NCBI RefSeq assembly: GCF_004010195.1
Contig: NC_057759.1
Span: 6,227,477 to 6,265,477 of the forward strand
Reading direction: 5' to 3'
Length of the DNA stretch: 38,001 nt
From: Chiloscyllium plagiosum
Lineage: Eukaryota
Below, piece by piece: positions 1-10,484 of the stretch. The position numbers and the translations under genes were made by a program. The notes under the pieces are model-generated. The model was not told the origin of the DNA and did no database searches. It saw only the letters and a list, made by a program, of their open reading frames with translations. The stretch's first letter is position 1. Every line of letters begins with the position of its first letter.

Positions 1-19
1 ATAACTTTAAAAATGCCTT

Positions 20-1187
20 TTCTGCATATGGATTTAATGCAGCTCAAATGTATATTTATTACAAGCATACAGTCTAACCTGCTCTAATCTTATGAATGAT
101 AATCGGCTTTGAATAATGGAATTTACCGTCAGTGAGATGGTATGCATTGAGAACAGGGTGAAATAATATAGATTTATATATTGTCAGTTGTGTTTAACTC
201 TGATTGAGCTCAATTTCCAGAAGTACACATTCAAAGTGCGTCTGACTCAATCCACTCAGACAGAGGAAAGGACATTCTCCTCTCCGACAGTGGTAACATA
301 CCTGCTGGGGGTGAGAAGCAGCTGGTCACCCTTGGATTGGTCCATCAAATATTTCCCTGGAGAAAAAGACAGAGCTCCTGTACATCACTAGCAGCTGAGT
401 AGGAAGACATCAAATGATCAATGCAATATTCAGGTCATGATCATTATAATTCTTTGTTTTTGAACAAGGTAAGGTGAACAGTGCAGAGCCTGATTCCACT
501 CGAACCCTGAGCACCTTCCAGTCTTTGTCTAAGATAAAATAAACTAACCAACATATGCACAGCTCCACAAATGGAATGATTACACAGTTCAATATCCAAC
601 TCCCAATACACCAACTGTTGAAAGACGAACACTGGGCACGATTTCACACACTTTGAGACGTTTACCGGTGCCTGATATACTTACCCTTCACAGGGTTATT
701 ACATTTGTTTCTACAGTCCTTTACTTCAATGTCTATTGGCATCAAAAAGCGTGAAACAGAAGCCAAACAATGAATTCTTTTCAGTGTTTAGGGGATTGCA
801 AACCACAAGAATGTCCCACAGCAGCTTCTTCCCGCTCTGTCTCCCTCAGCAGGCCCACACACAGCCCGAGAAAGGCCTCTCTCTTCCCCCCAGCCCGCTC
901 ACTCCAAGTTCCGGGACCAGTTCCTGCTCCGCTCGGCCTCTTACAAACAGCCCCCGGTTCTCCCTGAACTCACCCCGAATCAATCCCGGTCTCGGAGCCT
1001 CCTCTGTGTCCCAGGCTCCCATCCCGATGTGCTGCTGGAAGGAGCCTGCTGTTCCCTCACTTCCCTGGGCGCTGATCTCTCCATTGCGGTCTGTTTCAAA
1101 CAAACCTCTTGCACTCACTGAGTAAATGCTCCTCAATGGCAGCGCTGGGGGAGGGCCTCACGAATGCGCTCCTCTGGTCAGGAACAG
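20..1187 (-). repeat. Inverted paralog of 26338-27505 (putative promoter/first-exon module plus downstream exon)
   Basis: 782-1187 is the reverse complement of 26338-26743 with about 12 mismatches in 406 bp (counted by eye). Weaker colinear similarity continues over ~20-780 against 26744-27505, e.g. GGAGTTGGATATTGAACTGTGTAA and GTGACCAGCTGC. Confidence 0.9.
302..377 (-). other. Putative short internal exon (paralog of 27300-27406 and 33246-33352)
   Basis: The minus strand reads GATGTACAG|GAGCTC...CCAGCAG|GTATGT. The AG acceptor and GTATGT donor are shared with the two other copies. Confidence 0.4.
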
Positions 1188-1839
1188 TCAGAGTTGGGGG
1201 AGGGGCAGCATTGCGCATGCCACGCTTGTCCCAATGATTCCCAGAAATAAACATCAATTGGCCATTTCACCAATTCCCTTTTCTCCCAGTTTGACCAAAG
1301 GAACTGGGGCTGTGGGGGAAAGGGCAGAGAAGGTTTCAAGCTGGGACATTGTCCCTTTATGAAACTCCAATGGTGCTCATTCCCGGGTCATGTTAATAAC
1401 TCCTCCCTCCGGCTCTCTCACAATCTGATCAGGGAGCGGGGAAGCTGGCGGCCATACGGCCCATCCCCTGTGCTCCCCTATTCGATAACATCACGTCTGA
1501 TCGAATGTTAACGGTGGTATTTAATCCTGCTGACCCCTCATCCACTAATCTTAACTCCTTGCCCAAAGTATCATATAAAGAGATGGATTAAGTGGACCAT
1601 TCTTACGAAGGCAGAAAATTACTGATGGAGAGAGTCTTGAATCACAGTGTCAGTGCTTATTTCTGGGTCTGGAGGCATGTGCAATAGTCATACCAGGTGT
1701 GCAATAACATCTCTGCGACTCGATTTAGTTTGTAGTGGATGACAGATTTTAGTATTAGGTATGCCGCAGACAGAAAATTGTGATGTATTGTATGCCACAA
1801 CGAGAGACCCCAGCTGTTTTTGTTTATTCACTCCTCGAA

Positions 1840-2100
1840 CGTGGATGTCGCTGGCTGAGCCTCGCATTTATTCTCCATCCCTTTGAGAAGGCGGTGGTGA
1901 GCCACCTTCTGGAACCGCTGTTGTCCATGTGCTGCCTACAATGCCATGAACAAGGAGTTCCAGGGTCTTGATCCAGTGACAGTGAAAGAAAATGGTCTTA
2001 TTTTGAAGTCAGGATCGTGAGTGCCTTGGATGGGAGCTTGTCTGATATCAAGGTGATGTTTCCCTACATCAGCTGCCTTAATCGTTCTGGAAGGTCCTCC
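1840..2100 (-). mobile_element. Degenerate non-LTR retrotransposon (CR1/L2-type) 3' fragment
   Basis: TTGAGAAGGCGGTGGTGAGCCACCTTCTGGAACCGCTG resembles, from memory, the reverse complement of an elasmobranch LINE 3' end. There is no ORF support. Confidence 0.45.
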
Positions 2101-4547
2101 TTTTACAAATAACAAAACTCGAATCTCTTTGTCAGCGGCCTAGACAGACATCTCTCTGGCTGACAGCGAGAAATCAGAATAGTGAGCTATCTTCCTGGTG
2201 ACAGAATTAAGGAAAACTCGGAGAGAGTGCACGATATTCACAAAAGCAAGAGGGACCAGCTGGAGTAAACACTGGAACTAACTACATAGGAAGGGAAAAG
2301 GATGAGATTCCGAAGGAAGAATAAGGAAGAGAGGCAAGAATTTAAAAAAGGAGGTCCTCTCCGATAGTGATATCTAATTTACTCCCTCTGCTCCGAGCAA
2401 GTGAGGGTAGGAATAGGATGATAGAGTAAGAAAATGCCCAACTCAGGAGTTGGTGCATGGGGAGAGGCTTCACATTGTTGGATCATTGGAATCTCTTCGG
2501 AGGAAGACGTGACTTGTATAAAAATGGATGGATTGCACCTGAATTGGAATGGATCTAACATACTGGCAGGGGCATTTCCTTGAACTGCTGGGGAGAGGTT
2601 AAACTAGTAAGGTGTGGGGGCAGGAACCAAGGATATAGTGAGGAAAGAGAGCGATCTGAAACTGGTATAGTTGGCAAGTCAAACAGTCAGGACAGGCAGG
2701 AACATTGCAGAGAATGAGGTAGGATTCATAAATTAAACTGCATTTATTTCATGCAAGAAGCCTAACAGGGAAGGAGGATGAACTCAGGACATGAATAGGT
2801 GAATGGGATTGGTGTTGGGATATCATAGCTATTACAGAGACATGGTTTGGGGATGACAACTGCAGCTTAATGTTCCAGGAATCAAAGGATGGGGGTGAGG
2901 GGAGCAGCAAGAGAAAATGAGGAGTGACGTGTTTGGTAAGAGATAACATTTCAGCTGTACTTAAGGAGGATTTTCCTGGGATTACATCCATGGACATTAT
3001 TTGGGTAGAACAGAAATAAGAAAGGGTTTGATCACCTTATTGGGATTGGACTGTAGACACCCAACAGTCATCAGGAAATTGAAAAACAAATTTGTAAGGA
3101 GATCTTAGATCTGCAGGAACACTGGTATGGTTATGGTGAGGGATTTTAACATTTCAAACACAGATTGGGGCTGCCATATTGTTAATGGTTTTGACAGAGA
3201 GGAATTTCTTAAGTGTGTACAAAAATAATTGATTCAATATGTGAATATATCTTCTAGACAAGGTGCAAAACTTGATCTACTCTAGGGATGTAATGATGTG
3301 TCAGTTGGGGAGCATTTTGTGGCCAGCGACCATAATTCAATTAGTTTTAAAACTGTTATGCAAAAGGATATCAAGATCTCAAAGTTAAATTTTTGACAGT
3401 ATTACGCAAGAACTTTCAAAAGTTGACTGAGGGCAGATGTTCACAGGCCAAAGGGATGGCTGGAAAATGGGAAGCCTTCAAAAATGAGAAAAGGAGGGTC
3501 CAGAGACAGCATGTTCGTGTTAGAGTGAAAGGCATGATCGGTAAGTGTAGGAAATGCTGGATGAGAAAAGAAATTGAAGTTTTCGTTCGAATAAGAAGGA
3601 AGCATGTGCTAGGTATGTACAGCAGAGATTGAGTGAATCCTTCAAAGAGTATAAAGGCATTAGGGATATACTTAAGAAGGAAATCAGGAGGGCAAAAAAT
3701 GGACGAAAGATAGCTTTAGCAAATAGTGTTAATGAAAATTCAAATGTATTTTATAAATACATAAAGGACAAAAGGGTAACCAGGGCAAGATTAGGGCACA
3801 GCAAAGATTAGCAAGGCAGCTTATGTGTGGAACAACAGGAAATGTGGGAGATACTAAGCGAGTGCTTACTGAGGAGAAGGAAATGGAAGATATAGAATGT
3901 GGGGAAACAAATGGTGACATCTTGAAAAATGCCCATAATACAGAAGAGGTGCTGCTGGATGTTTCTAAACAGAAACGGTGGATGAAGTACGAGCACCTGA
4001 TCAGGTGTACCCTGGAACACGGTGATAAACTAGGGAAGTAATTGTTGGGCCCCTTGCTGAGATTCCTGTATCATCGATAGTCACACGTGAAGTGCAAAAA
4101 GACTAGTGGTTGGCTTTCGTAATGCCAATATTTAAGAAAGGTGGTAAGGAAAAGCCAGGGAACTATTGACTACTGTTGATGTTGCACTCACTGTTCAAAC
4201 AGTTGAGGGGATTGTGGGAGGCAGGATTTACATCTTTTTGAAAGGCCAGGATTGATTGGAGTAGTCAACATGGCTTTCTGCGTGGGAAGTCATGTATCAC
4301 TAACTCGACTGAGTTTTTTTTGATTTGGCAAGGAAGAGGACTGATGAGGCCAAAGTGGTGGATGTGATTTACATGGTCTTCAGTAAGGGGTTTGTTTGTG
4401 TTCCCCGTGGGAAATTGGTTAGCAAGATTACATCATATGGAATACAGGAAGAACTCACCAATTGGAAACAGAACTTGTTCGAAAGTAGAAGACAGAGGGT
4501 GGTGGAGGGATGCTTTTCAGACTGGAAGCCTGTGACAATTGATGTGC

Positions 4548-4714
4548 GAGGAGAAAGTGAGGACTGCAGATGCTGGAGATCGAGCTGAAAAATGTGTTGT
4601 TGGAAAAGTGCAGCAGGTCAGGCAGCATCCAAGGAGCAGGAGAATCGACATTTCGGGCAAATGCTGCTCGGGATGCGGCCTGACCTGCGTTTTTCAAGCA
4701 ACACATTTTTCAGC
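4548..4714. mobile_element. Fold-back PLE pLTR insertion (family A)
   Basis: A minus-strand pLTR (GGAGAAAGTGAGGACTGCAGATGCTGG...AATCGACATTTCGGGC) is followed by its partial inverted copy. It is flanked by ACAATTGATGTGC (4535-4547) and ACAAGTGATGTGC (4715-4727). Confidence 0.8.
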
Positions 4715-4779
4715 ACAAGTGATGTGCTACAACGATTACTGCTGGGTCCACTGCATTTCATCATTTATATAAATGATTT

Positions 4780-4973
4780 TAGTTTTAAAAATGACACAAC
4801 ACCAGGTTATAGTCCAACAGTTTTATTTGGAAGTACAAACTTTCGGAGTGCTGCTCCTCCGTCAGGTGTCTATGCTCTGAATGCTTGTACTTCCAAATAA
4901 ACCTGTTGGAGTATAACCTGGTATTGTCATTTTTAACTTTGCACACCCCAGTCCAACACCAGCACCTCCACAT
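4780..4973. mobile_element. Fold-back PLE pLTR insertion (family B) with degenerate hammerhead
   Basis: ACACCAGGTTATAGTCCAACAG...TTGGAAGTAC is inverted against GTACTTCCAAATAAACCTGTTGGAGTATAACCTGG. The minus strand near 4838-4866 reads CTGACGG-AGGAGC-AGC-ACTCC-GAAA. An imperfect TSD ends in AATGATTT on both sides. Confidence 0.75.
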
Positions 4974-5479
4974 TATTATGAATGATTTGGATGTAAGGTT
5001 GCAGGTAAGTTAGTTAGTAAGTAAGTTTGCAGATTACACAAAAATTGGAGGTGTAGTGGACTGCAAAGAAGGCTACCTCAGAATACAACAGGATCTTGAT
5101 CAGATGGGCTACTGGACCCAGGAGTGGCATATTGAGTTCAATTTAAATCAATATGATGTGCTGCAATTTTGAAAGGCAAATCAGGGCAGGACCTACACAC
5201 TTAATATTAAGGTCCTGTGGAATGTTGCTGAACAAAGAGACTTTGGAATGCAGGTTCATTGTTCCTTGAAAGTGGAGTTATAGTTAGATAGGATAGCAAG
5301 AAGGCATTTGAAATGTTTTCCTTTACTGGTTAGAACTTTGAGTATGTGACTTAAGAGAACATGTTGTGGGTGTACAGAATATTGGTTATGCCACTTTTGG
5401 AATATTATGTGCAATTCTGGTCTCTCTCCTATAAAAAGGATGTTGTGAAACTTGAAACGGCTATTCAAGATCATTTTTG

Positions 5480-6260
5480 GTCCAAAGAAAAGGCCTACAA
5501 TTTGGGAAGAAATATAGCAAGACAGGAAGGCTGCAAACAGATCAAAATTTAGCAAATGACAGCGAAAAGAACAAATGAAGAAAAGAGTAATGCTGCAGAA
5601 GCCATTTAAAAAAAACTGCTAAAACACCAATACATGTGTAAAGAGAGAAATAAACATAAATAGGTTGGTAAAGAGGACCACATGTCACTTACAACATTAA
5701 AGAGGGGAGTTCAAAATGGGGAACAAAAACATCTCAAAAATCACGAACATACTGTTGTTCTCTGTTCACAAATATTAACACAACTAACACAACAGTAATG
5801 TTGGGGAATTTAGTGAGTGGGAAATACTGAACCAAATCAGTATTATTTGGGAAATGATGTTGGGACAATGGATTGGGTTGAAGGTTGTGAAACACCAGAC
5901 ATTGATCATCTGCGCCCAGACTATTTAATGTAGTGGATGCAGTAGTGGTCATGTTCCAAGATTCTATCGGCTCTGCAATAATTTACACAGATTAGGGGCT
6001 AGCGAGTGTAAGCAATCCAATGGAAAAGGGAGGTAGGTATAAAACTGGGAACTATAGACCAGTCAGCCTGCAGGGAAAAAATCAAAATGAAAGCTTCAAT
6101 TGCGAAGCATTTGACAAAACAGTATTCAGGATCTGCTAGACTCAGCATGGACTTGAACGCCCTGTTCCAGTGCATACTGTTCTGTCTTCCAAGCTTGACA
6201 AACCGACTGGCCATCTTTGAGGATGTAAACAGTAGAGCTGATGATAATGTAACAGTTACT
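5480..6260 (+). mobile_element. Old CR1 ORF2 fragments
   Basis: GGGAACTATAGACCAGTCAGCCTG (GNYRPVSL) and CL.NxL.FFEDV-like residues; highly degenerate. Confidence 0.6.
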
Positions 6261-6430
6261 GAGGAGAAAATAACCAAGAAACTCCCTGGACAACGCAGCA
6301 AAAGCTGAAAGGAGGAGAAAGTCTATCCTTCCACACTTACATTTGGTGATATTTCTGGCGTGTGACTGTGTGAGTGTGAATATTGTGTCAGAGAGACTCG
6401 GAAAAGGGCGGATGGTTAGTCTAACGTAAC

Positions 6431-6437
6431 TGTGTTT
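6431..6437 (+). promoter_or_regulatory. H1 upstream TG box (TGTGTTT)
   Basis: Exact reverse complement of the H1/AC box, 353 nt upstream of it. Confidence 0.55.
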
Positions 6438-6783
6438 GTGTGTCCGCTAATATTATGATATTTCCAAGTTTCTCTTATTTAACTCAAAAATATTTTGAAT
6501 TCAAGTTATCGCCCTGCTCCCCTTCTAAACCCCAAATGTAGATTTGAAGGTAATATATTTGTTAGTTTCAAGATTGGCACTAAAAGTAGTGACAATGTCA
6601 CCGTTCACCTCAGAAAGCGCGATCAGTACAGCAGCAAAATGCGTTTAACTCGACAATGGAGCCGCCTATTCGAGTGAAAATTTTTCGGCCGTAAAGCTTG
6701 CAGTATCAGGATCAGGAGCGATCGAGCCCGGCTCTTTGGAGATGCGGAATTTCAGAGGAATCGGGGAGTTTCGGCCGTTCGAG

Positions 6784-6790
6784 AAACACA
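6784..6790 (+). promoter_or_regulatory. H1 box (AC box, AAACACA)
   Basis: Canonical H1-specific element 155 nt upstream of the H1 ATG, followed by a GGCGGG GC box near 6808-6813. Confidence 0.75.
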
Positions 6791-6938
6791 GAGAGGCAGC
6801 AGGAGCAGGGAGCTGACGGCGGGTTGTCCCTGCGCCGTCCGCTCGCTGCCTTGAAGTTGCTCAGTGCCGCCGCCAACAGCTTCATTGCTGACCCAGTTCA
6901 GACTGATCCAGAAAGAGATTCAGCGCAGAGTTCTCAAC

Positions 6939-7640
6939 ATGAGCGACAGTGCAGCCGCCGAAACGGCTCCTCCAGCCTCCGCTCCCACCAAAGCCAAGGC
7001 TCCCAAGAAGAAGGCAGCGGCTCCCAGGAAAAAAACACCCGGTCCCGGATTAGGAGAGATGATACTGAAGGTTGTCGGGGATATCAAGGATCGCAAAGGG
7101 GCGTCTCTGTCCGCTGTAAAGAAGGCGCTGGATAGAAGCGGAATCGATGTGGGAAAGCGAAAGGCACAGATCAAGATGAGTATCAGGAGGTGCCTGACGA
7201 ACGGCTCCCTTGTTCTGGTCAAGGGCCATGGCGTCTCCGGCTCCTTCAAACTCCCAAAGAATCCAGTCAAGGCAAAAGCGGGAAAGAAGGCGGGAACATC
7301 AGCGGCCGCCAAGAAATCGGCCGTGAAGAAATCACCGGCCAAAAAGGCGACAGCGAATAAATTCCAGGCCAAGAAAGCGACAGCCAAGAAATCCCCAGCC
7401 AAGAAAGCGACAGCCAAGAAATCCCAGGCTAAGAAAGCGACCGTCAAGAAATCCCCAGCCAAGAAAGCGAGCGGCAAGAAGACGGCACCGCCAAAGAAAG
7501 CGGTGAGCAAAGCAGCGCCAAAGAAACGCACTCCCGTGAAGAATGTGAAAAAGATCAAGGGTCCTAAACCCCTCAGCAAACCGGCTAAAAGCAAGGCCAA
7601 GCCCAAAGCGAAAGTGACCAAGACAGCAGCAAAGAAATGA
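6939..7640 (+). CDS. H1: Histone H1 (replication-dependent, 233 aa)
   Basis: ATG at 6939 starts MSDSAAAETAP. The globular domain includes DRKGASLSAVKKAL and GSLVLVKGHGVSGSFKL, followed by a K/A/P-rich tail with SPAK repeats. The gene is intronless and has a 3' stem-loop and HDE. Confidence 0.96.
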   Translation: MSDSAAAETAPPASAPTKAKAPKKKAAAPRKKTPGPGLGEMILKVVGDIKDRKGASLSAVKKALDRSGIDVGKRKAQIKMSIRRCLTNGSLVLVKGHGVSGSFKLPKNPVKAKAGKKAGTSAAAKKSAVKKSPAKKATANKFQAKKATAKKSPAKKATAKKSQAKKATVKKSPAKKASGKKTAPPKKAVSKAAPKKRTPVKNVKKIKGPKPLSKPAKSKAKPKAKVTKTAAKK

Positions 7641-7676
7641 ACCAGTCAGTGTAATATACACCCATCTGAACCCAAA

Positions 7677-7719
7677 GGCTCTTATCAGAGCCACCCACTT
7701 GTCTCAGGGAAGAGCTGAG
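7677..7719 (+). terminator. Histone 3' stem-loop (GGCTCT-TATC-AGAGCC, 7677-7692) and HDE (GAAGAGCTGAG)
   Basis: CCCAAA-GGCTCTTATCAGAGCC-ACCCA, with a purine-rich U7-binding element ~15 nt downstream. Confidence 0.92.
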
Positions 7720-7854
7720 CCCGGATCCAATGTACACGAGAACCCGGACTACAAATCTTCTCACAAACTTTGTCTTCGGGCTAATTACAATCGAGGTAAT
7801 TTTAAAAATAACAGACAAAATGAGATTCTGTCCTTTAATCGGTGTACACTAATT

Positions 7855-7965
7855 TTAAATTGGCGGGGTTGTTTAGATTGATTCACGGCCGGTACAAGTT
7901 CGGTTGTTCAGTTTGTCTGGGCTATTTTAAACCCCGCCTTTCCTCCCGCCTGTTACAGACAGACC
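7855..7965 (+). promoter_or_regulatory. Probable orphaned histone (H3) promoter/5' UTR
   Basis: Reverse CCAAT (ATTGG, ~7859), GC boxes and a TATA-like CTATTTTAAA (~7922). It ends exactly where the PLE begins and lies upstream of the 5'-truncated H3. Confidence 0.45.
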
Positions 7966-8555
7966 GGTGTGGCCTCCTCTATATTGGGGAGACAGGCCGC
8001 CTACTTGCGGAGCGATTCAGAGAGCACCTCTGGGCCACCCGGACGAACCAACCCAACCACCCTGTAGCACAGCATTTCAACACCCCCTCCCACTCCACCG
8101 AGGATATGCAGGTCATTGGACTCATCCACCGCCAAACCACAACAACCCGACGGTCGGAGGAGGAGCGTCTTATCTTCCGACTGGGAACCCTCCAACCACA
8201 GGGGATGAACTTGGACTTCACCAGTTTCTTCATCCCCCCTCCCCCCAACTTGTCTCAGCCGAATCCCTCCAGCCCGGCACCGCCGTCCTGACCTGCAGTC
8301 TTCTTCTTGACCTCTCCGCCTCCATCCTACTCCGACCTATCACCCTCACCTTGACCTCTTTCCACCTAGCACATTTCCAACGCCCCTCCTCCAAGCCCCT
8401 CCTCCCTACCTTTTATCTTCTCCTGCTGAACACTCTCTGCTCATTCCTGAAGAAGGGCATGTGCCCGAAACGACGAATCTTCTGTTCCCTAGATGCTGCC
8501 TGACCTGCTGTGCTGTTCCAGCAATAAAGTTTCAACTTTGATATGCAGCAAGACC
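7966..8555 (+). mobile_element. 5'-truncated Penelope-like element: GIY-YIG endonuclease C-terminus plus pLTR with hammerhead motif
   Basis: CGLLYIGETGRLLAERFREH...PVAQHFN...EERLIFRLGTLQPQGMN, then a pyrimidine-rich UTR and CTGAAGAAGGGC...GCCCGAAAC. Confidence 0.9.
8443..8478 (+). ncRNA. Minimal type I hammerhead ribozyme motif, cleavage triplet mutated (GAC in place of GUC)
   Basis: ATTC-CTGAAGA-A-GGGC(ATGT)GCCC-GAAAC-GAC-GAAT: stem I ATTC/GAAT, stem II GGGC/GCCC, and conserved CUGANGA and GAAA boxes. Confidence 0.75.
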
Positions 8556-8559
8556 TAAC

Positions 8560-8827
8560 TTGGAGATGTTGGTAGTGGACTGTGGTGGACAAAGATAAAA
8601 ATCACACAACACCAGGTTATAGTCCAACAGGTTTATTTGGAAACACTAGCTTTCAAGGCACTGCTTCTTCATTAGGTGGTTGTGGAGAATAAGGTCATAA
8701 AACAGCATTTATATCCAAATGAGTACAGTGTCATGGAGATGTGATGATACATTAAACAATTTAAGATAAATTTAGGATGGGATGTGTTGGTTTCTGTTCT
8801 TTGGTATGTAAATCCCAGAACTTCTTT
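8560..8827 (-). mobile_element. PLE family B pLTR/3' UTR fragment with degenerate hammerhead
   Basis: It shares AAAATCACACAACACCAG.TTA.AGTCCA.CAGG with 34966-35000, which links to a PLE ORF end. The minus strand at ~8645-8677 reads CTAATGAAGAAGCAGTGCCTTGAAAGCTA. Confidence 0.8.
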
Positions 8828-8829
8828 AA

Positions 8830-9210
<381 letters not shown>

Positions 9211-9262
9211 ACGGAGCCTGGCCGGCCCTGCACATTCACCCCGGGAGAGAGAGAAACACAAC

Positions 9263-9301
9263 GGCTCTTTTCAGAGCCACTAAACTATCCAGAGAGAGCG
9301 G
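9263..9301 (+). terminator. H3 3' stem-loop (GGCTCTTTTCAGAGCC, 9263-9278) and HDE-like AGAGAGAGCGG
   Basis: Canonical 16-nt hairpin followed by a purine-rich element. Confidence 0.92.
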
Positions 9302-10455
9302 GAAACGATAGGGGACCTGAGAGCATAACAGTAATTTGCTCTTGCCGCACTAAGTCAATTCTGTTGTTAGTAAATATACTTTGAATCTAACCTAGCCGGG
9401 GGAGGTAGTTGGAAAACACACGGCTTTCAGCGGCAGTGATTAGAACATTGCGATGTAATTTTTACACAATATATTAGGTAGGGAAGTGTTAATTCCAGAT
9501 GAAATCTCCTTTCTCCTCATTGTCTCCCTTGGTCTTGCCACCAGCTGTAACAAGATGATCATTGCTGAGAAAACAGGCGGGAAAAAGGGCGCCAAATCAT
9601 CAACCGTTTTCTTTCAAATTTGAAAATCCCGCCACGATGTAGATCAGAGAAGGCAATTTTATTAAAAAAAGCAATGCATTCGTACCTCGTCGTTAATTTG
9701 CTTTTCGATGATAAAAGTACAATTCTCACAATTTTTCTTTTGGGTAATGGGTCCAGGAGCTATTTAAAGGATTCAAGATTCTCTTTCGAGGGAAGGTTCA
9801 GACTCGATGGGCCGAATGCCCTCAATCAGCCCTGTCAGGATTTCATGAACGTTCTTTGCCGGGAGCGCGTTGCTAACGAACACCGCCCTTAGATATTATT
9901 TTAATATCGTGCTCCCTTATTGCAGAAGCTCCACATTAACGATTCCAATCCGGCAAATGTTCTGGTTTGATCTCGGTTTATTTTGAAAGCTTCTAACCGA
10001 CAGCAGAAAACCTCATTTACATCATTCAATCATCATTCCCACCCAACAGAACCCGCACGGAGTTTTGGAAATAAAAAAAAATCAGTGTGTAATGTATCTA
10101 CCCGTGGATCTGTAAGAAAAGGGGCATTTCTTTTGTTTCCCGGGGTGATACTCAGGGCTAACATCCCAACCGCGGCTTGCAGCTCCTGGAATAATCAAAT
10201 ATTAGAGAGTAACTTGAGCAAACAGAGAGAGAGAAAAAATCACCGGTGTTTAATATGCTCCCAAGAGGCAGGGAGTAGAGAGGGCACGTTCTCTTTTGCA
10301 GCCAGCGCCAAATCATCATCAACTTTCTCTCCCATTCGAAGAGCCCGCCGATTTACAAACAACGGAGTATGTTTGCATTGAAAAAGAGGACGTTGTTCAG
10401 AGGAGAATCCATCAATACTTGTTAATTCGATTACAAATATATACTTCAGAATATG

Positions 10456-10484
10456 AGGTAAAAACAATGACTGCAGATGCTGGA
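10456..10484 (-). mobile_element. 29-bp terminus of a young PLE family A pLTR
   Basis: Exact reverse complement of 19352-19380 (TCCAGCATCTGCAGTCATTGTTTTTACCT). Confidence 0.75.

Larger units (their letters stand above)
2215..5457 (+). mobile_element. Decayed CR1 LINE (ORF1 esterase remnant, ORF2 APE-RT), interrupted by two PLE insertions
   Basis: Broken ORF2 pieces include WEAFKNE, KKEIRRAK...FYKYIKDKR, VDVIYMVFSKGF, QRVVEGCFSDWKPVT, KFADYTKIGGVVD and LEYYVQFWS. An ORF1 DGLHLN motif lies near 2530. There are many stops and frameshifts. Confidence 0.9.

Noticed and set aside
736..1136. Near-identical ORFs at 736-1136 and 26389-26942 as protein-coding genes
   Set aside because: They have non-ATG starts, no recognisable domain, and are open on both strands. 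DNA-level duplication of a GC-rich segment explains the similarity.
6864..6938. N-terminal extension of H1 in the ORF track (258 aa)
   Set aside because: It starts at GTG upstream of the expected start. The ATG at 6939 gives a typical H1 N-terminus.
6920..7621. 233-aa hydrophobic ORF antisense to H1
   Set aside because: It is the mirror of Lys/Ala codons (AAG/GCC read as Leu/Phe/Ala) and has no independent promoter or processing signals.
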